Assembly: GCA_965215015.1 (NCBI GenBank) | Contig: OZ244042.1 | Location: 480,001-544,000 of the forward strand | DNA from: Candidatus Poribacteria bacterium | Lineage (GTDB): Bacteria > Poribacteria > WGA-4E > PCPOR2b | Length of the DNA: 64,000 nt | Direction of reading: 5' to 3' | In this document: positions 10,650 to 20,690 of the stretch, piece by piece | Position numbering within the stretch: position 1 is the stretch's first letter | Layout: every line of letters begins with the position of its first letter | Program-made: the position numbers and the translations under genes | Notes under the pieces: model-generated | Told to the model about the DNA's origin: nothing | Seen by the model: the letters and a program-made list of their open reading frames with translations, nothing else | Database searches by the model: none

Positions 10650-12614
10650 TCACTGTACTGTCCAGAACCACACGACATACATCGGTGTCTCTAAAATCAC
10701 ACCTAGGATAGCCCAATAGCTGCCGCTCACCACATCACCCAGGACTAGCCCTAAGAAAAAGGGCAATACGCGTCGATACAGACGCGCTCCGCCATATTTG
10801 AGTATCGCAAGCTTAGCGACCGAGGCAAGAATTAACACGAGCCAGAATTGATCTAGTGTTCCGCCGTTGATGCCTATCACATAACCAACTGGGTGGAAGG
10901 GCCACCAGATAAACTTGAGCCGCATGATACCAAGAAACATCGTAAATATAAATGACACACCGATGACCGCTGATCCGTAAACATCCGTCGGGCGCGGAAA
11001 CTGTAACCAACCAGCCAGTCGGTTGTAGGTCCCCCAACCAGGCCCTAAAATCATCCCTGCCTTGCTGCCTCCATGGTTATACAGAACGTAAAGGTACATC
11101 AGAAACGCAGAGAAAACGCCTATCACAATCGCAAAGAGCATCACCCATAACAGTTTACGATGGTTCATTCCGGTGCGTTGCGCCAACTTAAAGCCTTCAA
11201 GTTGATGTGGCATAGGCTGACTGCGATTCTGGCTATTGAACCACGAAAAAAGCGAGAATACTACCAGATTACCACGCCCAAATGGACGTATCCCAAACAC
11301 CGTCGTCAAGGCAGTTTGTGGATTGACACCAGCCATGTCGTGGGCAGGTGGTCCAAGTTCAGCACGGACACGAGTCACAGCCATCGTGATCATTATGTAC
11401 AATCCGAAAAATAGGACGAATACCCACATGGACATCCCTGCCTGATTGCAAATAAGATAAAGGAGGAGAAGACAGACTACAATCCCTATGGCTGCCGATC
11501 GATAGCGCATCGGTTCGGTCGAATCACTGATAGATGTAGGCCTGCCGATGACCCGTTTACCAATCTCCCAAAAATGTTGCCTGCCTGCCCACATTGCCAT
11601 TACAACAATCGCAAGCGCGGCACCCATTGCTTGGTTCGGTTGAAAAGGATAGTAAGGGATCGTATACCAGCCAGCCGCCCTTCCTCCAATGTATTGTGCT
11701 TTGCGAATCCAGTAGAAAAATGCTGTCGAAAAACTCACATCCAGTGGCAAAAGAAAGCACAAGCCAATAAAAAACAAGCGTAGATGAAAAAAGGTCCCTC
11801 CAATCGCATTCCACGGCTCCTCGGTAAGCCACAACGAGAGATCCGCGGTCTTCTCGCGAATCGGTATTAGTGGGAAGGCCGGATAGAGGAAATTGATTCC
11901 GTTGATGATTTCGATGCCCGCTGCAATCGAGAATCCCAACCACATGCCGCGGTTCCGAAAGAGCTGCATTCCAGGTGCCGTCATATCGAGTGGCAGTTGG
12001 GTAATTGGATATGGCAGTTTTTCATGTTCAATCCATTGGCGTCGGAGCAACACATTTATAAAGGCGACAAGCGCGAAAATCAGGGAGGAGATGATTGTCC
12101 AACTCAGGATAGGAACGATCCAGTAGCGCAGATAGCCCTCTGTGAAGAAATTAGCCCCTCCCTCATAAAAAGGACGGGCAATGGTTGTGTTACCCATAAC
12201 GAGCCAGTTCGGAAGGTAAGGCTGGAGGATCTGTTTCCATTCGTTTTCGGGAGTGGCAAACCAGAAAGCGTGGCAGAGGGGTCCCATGAGACCGACCATG
12301 TTATCGTGGGCAACTACCGCTGTAACACATGCCAGCATGACATAGATGACGAGGAGTTCAGCTTGGCTCAACGCATATGCCGGAAGGAATCGTTGGGCAA
12401 TATAGTTCAAGAGTGCCAACACGAAAATAATGAAAATGACATTCATCGGGATTGAGGTTGCGGAGAAATGAAATCCGTGCCAGAGCATCTCTTCCATTCC
12501 AATCCAGTAGGCATTAATCGGCATAAGGATGCAACCCAATACCACAGCGCGTAGGGTAATCCGCGACTGAGAAAATTGAGGTGTAGAGGGAGAGGCCCCC
12601 ACCGTTTCTTTCAT
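10650..12614 (-). CDS. DUF6785/DUF6784-type membrane protein, paralog of 6994..9081
   Basis: WIEHEKLPYPI, RVRAELGPPAH, PMPHQLEGF, WWPFHPVGY; start uncertain (ORF open to 12749). Confidence 0.75.
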   Translation of the reverse strand: MKETVGASPSTPQFSQSRITLRAVVLGCILMPINAYWIGMEEMLWHGFHFSATSIPMNVIFIIFVLALLNYIAQRFLPAYALSQAELLVIYVMLACVTAVVAHDNMVGLMGPLCHAFWFATPENEWKQILQPYLPNWLVMGNTTIARPFYEGGANFFTEGYLRYWIVPILSWTIISSLIFALVAFINVLLRRQWIEHEKLPYPITQLPLDMTAPGMQLFRNRGMWLGFSIAAGIEIINGINFLYPAFPLIPIREKTADLSLWLTEEPWNAIGGTFFHLRLFFIGLCFLLPLDVSFSTAFFYWIRKAQYIGGRAAGWYTIPYYPFQPNQAMGAALAIVVMAMWAGRQHFWEIGKRVIGRPTSISDSTEPMRYRSAAIGIVVCLLLLYLICNQAGMSMWVFVLFFGLYIMITMAVTRVRAELGPPAHDMAGVNPQTALTTVFGIRPFGRGNLVVFSLFSWFNSQNRSQPMPHQLEGFKLAQRTGMNHRKLLWVMLFAIVIGVFSAFLMYLYVLYNHGGSKAGMILGPGWGTYNRLAGWLQFPRPTDVYGSAVIGVSFIFTMFLGIMRLKFIWWPFHPVGYVIGINGGTLDQFWLVLILASVAKLAILKYGGARLYRRVLPFFLGLVLGDVVSGSYWAILGVILETPMYVVWFWTVQ

Positions 12615-12780
12615 AAAATCATTTCTCCGATCCGTTGAAGAATTTGCTGCGGCCAGTTTTCTTCCATTCCGCTTTGCTTCCTCTTGGTCTGGGCGGCCCC
12701 GCTTCTCTTCAAAGTTGGGGAAATACAGATGGGTAGGAAGGATATGCAAAGACTTATGCTGGGTACTTACTTATCAAAGC

Positions 12781-12960
12781 TCATTTCGGCTTTGCCGCGG
12801 GATCTCTGGGGTTCCGGATCTTCGCCGGGTCGTAGCGCGATTTCTCAATGTACTCATCCGTGACACGATATAATTCAGTAATCTCCTCGGCGGAAAACAC
12901 ACCTGCCCCGCCGAGGTAACCGTTTTCATGGTAGCAGCGAATCTGTTCTTGGGTAAGCCC
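12781..12960 (-). pseudogene. Truncated PhyH paralog (N-terminus only)
   Basis: LTQEQIRCYHENGYLG...LYRVTDEYIEKSR matches the start of 9110..9970; catalytic core absent. Confidence 0.75.
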
Positions 12961-13009
12961 TACTGGCTCCTTTTTCGAGTGCCCTAACACTCCAAGTTCA
13001 GTTTTCCAA

Positions 13010-13993
13010 TTATTGCCGCGGGGGGATAATCTCTCCATTGATAATCCGCTGCTTGAGCGATTCAACGCGCTTCAGGATTTCGGCTGATAGTACCTTTTGA
13101 TTGTTGGCATCAACGATGTATTCGATTCCACCCTCCTTGAGACCGTATAATTTTATTCCGCCGGTGAAATTGTCCTCGACGACAGCTTGGATTGTTTGGT
13201 AGACCGAGAGTTCGACCCCTTTGATTATGCTTGTCAGAACAAGTCCCGGTGCGAGGTGGTTCCCATTCGCATCCACCCAGATAAGCTGCTTCTGCTTTTC
13301 CTTGGCGGCTTCGAGTATGCCTAGGCTTGTTGCACCCGCCGCCGCAAGAATTACGTCAACACCTTTATTGTATTGTGCCAATGCGAGTTCTTTCCCCTTA
13401 GCAGGGTCACTGAAGGCTTTCGGTGTAACACCTGCATAATCAATGAGGACTTCGACCTCTGGATTGATAGCTTTTGCCCCGGCGTAATAGCCTGCTTCAA
13501 AAGCGTGCAGGAGCGGGACGTTCATCCCACCGATGAAGCCGATCCGATTTGTCTCTGTTTTCAGTGCAGCAATTGCCCCCATCAGGTAGGTCCCCTCATG
13601 CGCTTTGAAAATCAATGAGGCGACATTTTCTCGTTCGGCTTCGGCATCAATAATTGCGAACTTAACGTTTGGAAATTCAGATGCCACGCGCTCCACTGGT
13701 TCTTGAAAGAGAAAGCCGACCCCAATGATGAGGTCATATTTCAATCGAGCCAACTGCCTCAATGCAAACTCGATGTCGGTGCTCTGTCCGGGTGTGATTT
13801 CTTTGAGGTCAAGTTTCCACTGATCGACCGCTTTCTTGGCACCGGCGTAGGAAGCGTCACAAAACGAAAGATCTCCACGGCCTCCCGTATCGTAAATTAA
13901 TCCAATCCTTTTGGTTTTTGCAGCACTCGGTGTGATAAGCAGAAAAATGAGCGTGACACAGCAGATGAAAGTTTTAATCAAACCTTTTTGCAT
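13010..13993 (-). CDS. BMP family (PnrA/TmpC-like) substrate-binding protein
   Basis: DTGGRGDLSF, IGFIGGM, FSDPAKGKELA, YGLKEGG. Confidence 0.88.
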   Translation of the reverse strand: MQKGLIKTFICCVTLIFLLITPSAAKTKRIGLIYDTGGRGDLSFCDASYAGAKKAVDQWKLDLKEITPGQSTDIEFALRQLARLKYDLIIGVGFLFQEPVERVASEFPNVKFAIIDAEAERENVASLIFKAHEGTYLMGAIAALKTETNRIGFIGGMNVPLLHAFEAGYYAGAKAINPEVEVLIDYAGVTPKAFSDPAKGKELALAQYNKGVDVILAAAGATSLGILEAAKEKQKQLIWVDANGNHLAPGLVLTSIIKGVELSVYQTIQAVVEDNFTGGIKLYGLKEGGIEYIVDANNQKVLSAEILKRVESLKQRIINGEIIPPRQ

Positions 13994-14045
13994 AATGCTG
14001 ATTCCTTACAAGTTAGTCCTGTTTACCGACTTTGCTAGGTTTAGG

Positions 14046-14876
14046 CTACACTCCCAGCCAAATTGATACCCCTGCAACTATCCCCAAGGCAAAGCAGTAG
14101 TAGGAAAAAACAGAAAATTTCCCGCGATTGAGGACTGCGAGCAAAAAGCGTAACGCAATATAACCCACAATGAATGAAGTCAATGTTCCAGCGGCTATAA
14201 CGACTGGAGCAATTGTAATCTCCTCTACATCTTTAAGTTTGAGGACAACTGCGCCGAAGATTGCGGGAATGGAAAGTAGAAAAGAGTATTGCGCTGCAAC
14301 CTGTGGAGGCAGTCCCAACAGTAACGAAATAGAAATCGTTGACCCAGACCTAGAAATTCCGGGGGTAATGGCGAGCCCTTGAGCAATCCCGATGAGCGGC
14401 GTATGCCAAGCTCGTAAAGAGGTTTCCGCTTGTAGCAGTTTTTGCCCGAAGCGAGACAATTGCAAGATTAGCCCCGTGACAATCAACATGAAAGCAACAA
14501 CCATTGGTTTGCCAAAAATCGCCTCAAGAGAACTTTTGAACGATAGGGCAATTAGCCCGGTAGGAATCGAGCCGAGTAGGAGAAACCAGATTAGCTTGAG
14601 CCCCGGAGTGCTATTGATTGTAAGCCGAGGGTGTTGGTAGAAACCTATCTGAAAGAGCGTAGAAAAACTTGTTCGCACCAAAGACTGAATTAACTGATAA
14701 TAAACAATAATGACAGCCCCCAAGGTGCCAAAGTGGAGCATAACATCGAAAAACACCTGTGACTCTTTTATCCCCAAGAAATGTTGCATCAGAACTAAAT
14801 GCCCAGAACTACTTACTGGCAAGAACTCTGTTATCCCTTGCAAAATACCAAGTACAATCGCTTCAAGAATGGTCAT
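14046..14876 (-). CDS. uppP: Undecaprenyl-diphosphate phosphatase
   Basis: QGITEFLPVSSSGHL and PGISRSG signature motifs. Confidence 0.95.
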   Translation of the reverse strand: MTILEAIVLGILQGITEFLPVSSSGHLVLMQHFLGIKESQVFFDVMLHFGTLGAVIIVYYQLIQSLVRTSFSTLFQIGFYQHPRLTINSTPGLKLIWFLLLGSIPTGLIALSFKSSLEAIFGKPMVVAFMLIVTGLILQLSRFGQKLLQAETSLRAWHTPLIGIAQGLAITPGISRSGSTISISLLLGLPPQVAAQYSFLLSIPAIFGAVVLKLKDVEEITIAPVVIAAGTLTSFIVGYIALRFLLAVLNRGKFSVFSYYCFALGIVAGVSIWLGV

Positions 14877-15274
14877 CGGTACTTCCTAAATCGCCGACAA
14901 ATTTTTTGAAATCTCTGTTTATGTTGGGGATGTCAGGCACAAAAGGTGCGTTTTTACGTTGGGCGCTTATAGTATAGCAGTAGGCAAAAGTAAAGTGAGT
15001 TGTAATTGATGATCGTTTTGGAGCATCAAAACCCAGCACACGTCACCATAGGTACCACGCTGCACAAGGCTATGGGCGAAAATAAATTTAACAGGAATCA
15101 AAAAAAAGCAGCTTAACCAAAACAGGGCAGGAGAACGAGGAATAGTCCCTTGAATGCTAGGATATTCTCGAAGAAATTGGGCAAAGTTAGAAATGATATT
15201 CATTGCGGATGGGGTAGGCACTTAATCCGAGGGAATTGCCCCATTGCAGGTTTATGTGGGCAATTATTCGTATA

Positions 15275-15309
15275 CAACCTTGCGAAGGTTTGGCACCCCC
15301 GCAAGGTTG
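15275..15309. repeat. Intergenic hairpin CAACCTTGCG...CGCAAGGTTG
   Basis: 10-bp perfect arms; similar CTTCCGAAGGT..ACCTTTGGAAG hairpin near 31380. Confidence 0.5.
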
Positions 15310-15349
15310 ACTGACTTAGATTATCAACGCCACAAGAGACTAATATTTT

Positions 15350-15592
15350 CTATTCAAGGGCATCTTCTACTGCCTCTGGTAGGACAACGGTGCTTGGATC
15401 TACATCAATCGGATATTCGGTGCCATAGGCTGCAACAAGTTCGTCAAATGTTGCGTTATCCACGTTCTCCAGTTCTCCACCGGGACGATTGAGAAAAACA
15501 CCTCGGCAGCCATCACAACTCATCAGATCTACATCCGATCTCTCGATCGGGAATTGCGTGAGTGGATTATTACAACCTGAACAAGGAAGCAT
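15350..15592 (-). CDS. Small zf-TFIIB-like zinc-ribbon protein
   Basis: CSGC...CDGCRGVFL..GEL. Confidence 0.7.
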   Translation of the reverse strand: MLPCSGCNNPLTQFPIERSDVDLMSCDGCRGVFLNRPGGELENVDNATFDELVAAYGTEYPIDVDPSTVVLPEAVEDALE

Positions 15593-15652
15593 AGATTAGA
15601 TCCTTTCAAATAAAGGGTTTGCGAAGTCCGAAAACATAATTTGCGCTTATTA

Positions 15653-16849
15653 TTAGTCGGCAGCAGCCGCAAGTGCTTCGGAATGATCCATTTCACAGAA
15701 TTCGACATAATCACTGATTAGCTCGGTAATCGTCGGTTGCTCGCCGCAGATTGGGCAGTTCTTATCCCGACTCACTTTTAACTCACGAAACTTCATGCTC
15801 AGTGCGTCGTACATCATCAAACGACCGATGAGCGGTTCGCCAATGTCGAGGATTAGCTTGACGGCTTCAGTCGCCATCACAAGACCAATTGTGCCTGGGA
15901 GCACGCCCAGGACGCCAGCTTCGTTTCAGCCAGGCACCATGCCGGGCGGCGGCGGAGTCGGATACATGCACCGATAGCAGGGGCCATCGTGTGGCTTAAG
16001 GACGGTCGCCTGCCCTTCAAACTGGAAAATACTGCCGTGTACAATGGGTGTGTTCGTCAACACTGCAGCATCATTGACTAGATAGCGTGTTGCGAAATTA
16101 TCGCAGCCATCAACGACCAAGTCGTACTCATTAAAGAGATCGATGATGTTGTCTTCTGACAGTCGCATATTGTAGGGAACAATATTGACATCAGGATTCA
16201 GGAAAGTCATTGTTTCAGCTGCGGATTCGGTCTTCGGCTTGCCAACAGTTTCCGTGCGGTGGAGGATTTGGCGCTGCAAATTACTTAGCTCGACGACATC
16301 TGAATCAACCACGCCGAGTGTGCCGACGCCTGTCGCCGCAAGGTATAGTCCCGCCGGCGAGCCCAAGCCCCCTGCCCCAACGAGTAACACTTTAGCGTCA
16401 AGCAGCTTCGACTGTCCCCTTTCGCCGACTTCGCTCAGCATGAAGTGCCGGCTGTATCGCTCCAACTGATCCGGTGTCATCGGCTTATCTTTTGCCGTCG
16501 GGAATCCAGCTGCTGACCAATCTCGATATCCACCTGCCATGGATACAGAATCCATGTATCCCAGCTCTTTCAGGGCTTTGGCGGCGAGCAAGGATCTCAT
16601 TCCCGCAGCGCAATAGACAATCACTCTTTTGCCCCGATCTGGCACTTCGTCTTCTATCGAGAATTCGAGCATTCCCCGCGTGACATGGACAGCGTCAGGG
16701 ATATAGCCCGCTCGATATTCGTCCTCATCGCGAACATCGAGCAGCACGACATCGTCTCCGCCTTCCGCTTTTTCTTTTTGAGCTTCTTCAATAGAAACTT
16801 CTGGGACCTCTTTTTTAACTTCTTCGATCATTTGGCTTGTGGATTTCAA
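15653..16849 (-). CDS. moeB: Rhodanese-MoeB/ThiF fusion (MoeZ-like), probable selenoprotein, 398 aa
   Basis: ORFs 15926..16849 and 15653..15904 are one frame joined by TGA 15926-15928: PPPPGMVPG-U-NEAGVLGVLPG; YCAAGMRS rhodanese site, GAGGLG, CYRC, CPIC. Confidence 0.88.
15891..15925 (-). promoter_or_regulatory. Candidate bacterial SECIS element
   Basis: Stem CCTGGG/CCCAGG starts 15 nt after the UGA; loop CGTGCT has G at position 2. Confidence 0.6.
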
Positions 16850-16926
16850 TGCAATTCACCTCATTTGTTCAATCGAATATAGCAATCTCAGATTGTGTTG
16901 ATGATGGGAATTCACTTACAACTTTC

Positions 16927-16955
16927 ATTATATCACAAGCGGATGGTACTGTCAA
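16927..16955 (-). promoter_or_regulatory. Consensus sigma70 promoter for moeB
   Basis: TTGACA-17 bp-TATAAT on the minus strand. Confidence 0.8.
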
Positions 16956-17061
16956 AACTAAATTGAGATGTGATATACTTGTGCACATGCTTGTGTTCAA
17001 CGAGCATATCCAAGAATTAATAGAGGAGAAGGTAGAACGGGTTGGATGTTCTACGGAAACC

Positions 17062-17955
17062 GTGCAGACCCCAATTTCCATTGTTTTTGTTTTGTTGTCC
17101 GCGTTCTTCCACGCACTGTGGAACTACTATGGCAAAGCAAGTCGTTCGCCGCAATTGTTCTTCTTCTGGATCGGGGTGTTTACAGTAGGTATGGCGGCAC
17201 TTGTCTTCGCGCTGCAACTGCCAATCGCCCCAAAATCGGTTTGGAGTTATATCGCGGCGTCGGGTATCGTCCACTTTTTCTACTGGTTGTGCTTGAGCCG
17301 CGCCTATATGTCAGGCGAAATCTCTTATGTTTATCCGATTGCCCGATCTGCTCCCGGATTCATCCCCTTTTTTGCCTTCCTGTTTTTAAATGAGCGATTG
17401 TCAGTACAGGGCCTAATTGGCATATTTTCGATTGTCTTCTCGATCTATCTACTTCAGCAGCGGGACGGTAGATTGATATTCAAGGAACTATTTCAGTACA
17501 TCAGACAACCGGCTGCCGTTTGGGCGTTTTCGACACTCGGCACGGTGATCGCATACTCGCTGATTGACAAGGCTGGAATGTCCGAATTTCATGCACATTC
17601 GACCCAACGACACGCTTGGCAACCCGTGACCTACTTTTTAACGGAAAGCCTGATAGCGATGATATTGTATGGCAGCTATATCCTGCTTTGCTTCCCACTA
17701 CGGGAAATTACGGAGACTGGGCGTCGAGAATGGAAGCAGATTATCGCGACCGGACTGCTTTCAATGCTTTCTTATACACTTATCCTTTATGTTTATATGA
17801 CCGAAAGCGTCAGTTACGTCGTCGCGCTCCGCCAGAGCTCTGTGATTTTCGCTGTGTTACTCGGCGGATATCTACTGAAGGAATCACAAACGAAATTGCG
17901 ATTTGCGGCAGCGGTGGTGATGGTTATCGGGGTCGTTCTGATTTCAACAGCGTGA
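17062..17955 (+). CDS. EamA/DMT family transporter
   Basis: SAFFHALWN, GEISYVYPIARS, VVALRQSSV; start uncertain. Confidence 0.85.
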   Translation: MQTPISIVFVLLSAFFHALWNYYGKASRSPQLFFFWIGVFTVGMAALVFALQLPIAPKSVWSYIAASGIVHFFYWLCLSRAYMSGEISYVYPIARSAPGFIPFFAFLFLNERLSVQGLIGIFSIVFSIYLLQQRDGRLIFKELFQYIRQPAAVWAFSTLGTVIAYSLIDKAGMSEFHAHSTQRHAWQPVTYFLTESLIAMILYGSYILLCFPLREITETGRREWKQIIATGLLSMLSYTLILYVYMTESVSYVVALRQSSVIFAVLLGGYLLKESQTKLRFAAAVVMVIGVVLISTA

Positions 17956-17966
17956 AGCTGGACAGT

Positions 17967-18905
17967 TCATGTGTCATCTTTCACCTGTCCTTTCCGGATT
18001 TGTCGCTTCATCTGCCATTGCGGGTCTGGTTGGGTTTTCCACCGATTGTGCGTCCAGAGCCACTGATCCGGATATTGTCGGATATACGCCTCAAGAATTT
18101 TCAGGATATGCACAGTATTAGTCTGTACGTCCTGTTCGAGATCGCCCGATATTTCTAGGTCAATTGCCGGCGTAATGAGCACATGATGCCTGTCATCCGG
18201 CTGGCGGATATCCATTGACACGAGCAGTGGTGCCCCCGTCTTGAGGGCAAGCGTTGCAGGACCACGGACAGCGGAAGCCGGTTTTCCAAAGAAATGGACA
18301 AAAATCCCCTCCCGCCCTGCATTCTGATCCGCAAAAAATCCGACAGCATAATTCTCTTTAAGCGCGCGAAGAGTTTCCCTGACTGCTCGTCTCCGAGTGA
18401 TCAACTGTAAACTCAGACGCTCTCGATATTGGGAGACAAGTGCGTTGAGGTATCTGTTTTTGAGCGGAAACGCAATTGCTTTTGCTTGGTCCGGGATAAG
18501 TGCCCCATAGACAAGTGCGAGGAGTTCCCAATTCCCAAAATGAGGGAGAAACACAATGGCACCTTTACCCCGATTCAGTGCCTGTATTAAGTGCTCTTTT
18601 CCCTCAACGGTCACTTCTTCCCAGATGTTGTCAAAAGTTAATTGGGGAAAACGGAGAAATTCAATTGCGGTTTTTCCTATCTGTTGAAAACTTCTGCGGC
18701 AAATCTGTGCTTGTTCATCGGTAGACATCTCATCGCCGAACGCAATTTGCAGATTCTCTAAGGCAATTCGGCGACGTTTCTTTAGGACAAAATAGAGGAG
18801 GTTTCCCAGACCGCTCCCCAGCATCAGGGCATACCGCTTGGGAAGCCAACAGATGGTTACGCCCAATATACGAATGATAAAAGTAATCAACCAGTCAACA
18901 ATCAA
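17967..18905 (-). CDS. Lipid A biosynthesis acyltransferase (LpxL/HtrB family)
   Basis: HFGNWE, ADQ, YPDQWLWTHNRWK. Confidence 0.9.
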   Translation of the reverse strand: MIVDWLITFIIRILGVTICWLPKRYALMLGSGLGNLLYFVLKKRRRIALENLQIAFGDEMSTDEQAQICRRSFQQIGKTAIEFLRFPQLTFDNIWEEVTVEGKEHLIQALNRGKGAIVFLPHFGNWELLALVYGALIPDQAKAIAFPLKNRYLNALVSQYRERLSLQLITRRRAVRETLRALKENYAVGFFADQNAGREGIFVHFFGKPASAVRGPATLALKTGAPLLVSMDIRQPDDRHHVLITPAIDLEISGDLEQDVQTNTVHILKILEAYIRQYPDQWLWTHNRWKTQPDPQWQMKRQIRKGQVKDDT

Positions 18906-18923
18906 AGTCCTTACGCATTGGGC

Positions 18924-19208
18924 TTACGAAAGCGCATCGACTCTCTTCGCCAATTCAAAATCCAATGCGCTAATTCCTCCGGCGTCGTGTGTTGCGAGGT
19001 CAACTGTCACGCGATTATAGACGTTAAACCACTCCGGGTGATGATTCATTGATTCTGCCATCAGGGCAACGCGCGCCATAAAACCGAAGGCGTCTACAAA
19101 CGAGTCGAACTGAAATTCCTTGTGCAGCTTTTCATTTTCGACCGTCCAACCCGATAGTCCTTCAAGTTGGCCCCTAATTTCTGCATCGGTTAGTTTTGTA
19201 ATTGCCAT
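18924..19208 (-). CDS. phhB: Pterin-4-alpha-carbinolamine dehydratase
   Basis: NHHPEWFNVYNRV..LATHDAGGI. Confidence 0.93.
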   Translation of the reverse strand: MAITKLTDAEIRGQLEGLSGWTVENEKLHKEFQFDSFVDAFGFMARVALMAESMNHHPEWFNVYNRVTVDLATHDAGGISALDFELAKRVDALS

Positions 19209-19312
19209 TTCATTTTCTCCCTAAAAGCTGGGTTTATTTTAATTCCCTATCCCGATGGCATTGTAGTGGGATTTTCGAGTAAAGTCAAGTTAAAATTTCG
19301 AGATTTCTGTTG

Positions 19313-19341
19313 TTGACAGAAGCTCGCAGTTCGTGTATTAT
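19313..19341 (+). promoter_or_regulatory. sigma70-type promoter for 19435 and probably secA
   Basis: TTGACA-17 bp-TATTAT. Confidence 0.75.
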
Positions 19342-19434
19342 ATATCCAAGTTCTGGACGACTCAAGTCTGATGTATAGTTGGCTGATACCACGCTAGAAT
19401 TCGTTGGAAAATTGTCCGACAACTGGATAAAAAA

Positions 19435-20613
19435 ATGGCTAAATTGCATTTTGATTTTCGAGATATTTTCCGAGCCGGGCGTTACGGCTTCGATATAAAG
19501 AAGATCTTAGTTCACCTTTTCGGGCTTATTCTTGCTTATCTCATCTACGAAATATTGGTATATACGAGCTTGTTCATTGTAGGCGGAGGTGCAGCCAAGC
19601 AGTTCTGGGAGACCTATGCGCTCCTGCCCGTTTGTCCCCTTGTCAATTATGCTTTTGAAGGCATTACAGTTGGCGCGATGTGGCTCGGCATATTCATCCT
19701 GTTCGTGTTCTTCTTTTTAACGAGCACGATGGTCTCAAAAATCACAATTCAGCAACTGCAGGGCGACCATTTTTTTTCTATGAAGGCGTCTTGGGGCTTT
19801 GTGCAGCAACATTGGAAAGCCGTTTTAGGGACGTTTGTGGGCTTGATTGTCATTCTCATGCTTTTGGCTTTAATACCGATTGGCGTCGGTCTGCTCGGCA
19901 AGATTCCAACAGTGGGTCGCGTCATTCTCATGTTCGCATCGGTCTTGACCCCTTTTGCGTTCTTTATTGGATTGCTGATGGCTTACTTCCTTGTGGTTTT
20001 GGGAGTGAGCCTGTTTTTCGCGCCCTCTGTGGTTGCGGCTGCAGAGTCGGATACTTTTGAAACGGCGTATCAGCATCTTGCGATGGTTTGGAATCAACCG
20101 TGGCGGCTCCTTATCTACGAAGTACTTCTGCTTGGTGTGAAAGTGATCTGTACCCCGATTTGGGTCATCTTTTGCCTGACCGGGTTTGTCTTAGCGATGC
20201 AACCAATCCACTTCCTGATCCCTACGGATATGCAGCATATTATGTGGCAGGCAGATCGGTGGCTCGGCGGTTCGATTGATAAATTCGCTGCGCTCCCATA
20301 CATGGACAGTTTCAAGATATTCAAAGTATTTGATATTGTTCCCGAACCCACCAATTTGCCGATCACGCTTAATATCGCCGCAATTTTTATGACACTGTCT
20401 CTATTATTTATCGTCGGCTTGATTATCGCTTACCTATTGTCGATTGCTTCAACTGGTAATACCCTCATCTATACAATACTGAGAAGGCGGGTTGATGGGG
20501 AAAATCTATTAGAGGTTGAGGATGATATTCCAGATCCAGTTGTGCCAGACGCACTACCTTCACAAGCTGCTTTGAATTCCAATGCAGTTAAGACTGAAGA
20601 AAAAACACAGTGA
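19435..20613 (+). CDS. Hypothetical multi-pass membrane protein
   Basis: Long ORF with about 6 hydrophobic segments; family not recognised. Confidence 0.7.
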   Translation: MAKLHFDFRDIFRAGRYGFDIKKILVHLFGLILAYLIYEILVYTSLFIVGGGAAKQFWETYALLPVCPLVNYAFEGITVGAMWLGIFILFVFFFLTSTMVSKITIQQLQGDHFFSMKASWGFVQQHWKAVLGTFVGLIVILMLLALIPIGVGLLGKIPTVGRVILMFASVLTPFAFFIGLLMAYFLVVLGVSLFFAPSVVAAAESDTFETAYQHLAMVWNQPWRLLIYEVLLLGVKVICTPIWVIFCLTGFVLAMQPIHFLIPTDMQHIMWQADRWLGGSIDKFAALPYMDSFKIFKVFDIVPEPTNLPITLNIAAIFMTLSLLFIVGLIIAYLLSIASTGNTLIYTILRRRVDGENLLEVEDDIPDPVVPDALPSQAALNSNAVKTEEKTQ

Positions 20614-20690
20614 GATGTAACTAAATCGTGTGCCAAACGTCAAAGGTGAGTAGAATTAGGAAATTTGTAAACTAGGGGTGATGATGTTTC

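Noticed and set aside
10425-10694. Short ORFs over repeat regions (also 37625..37831, 23867..24076, 48175..48411)
   Set aside because: Chance frames across non-coding repeats with no protein motifs.
14967-15221. 84-aa ORF upstream of uppP, and 58562..58813
   Set aside because: No recognisable motif or RBS; cannot be supported as genes.
1329-15928. Genome-wide UGA reassignment (code 4 or 25)
   Set aside because: Many intact genes end in TGA at their expected C-termini and long genes have no internal TGA; only moeB fits recoding.
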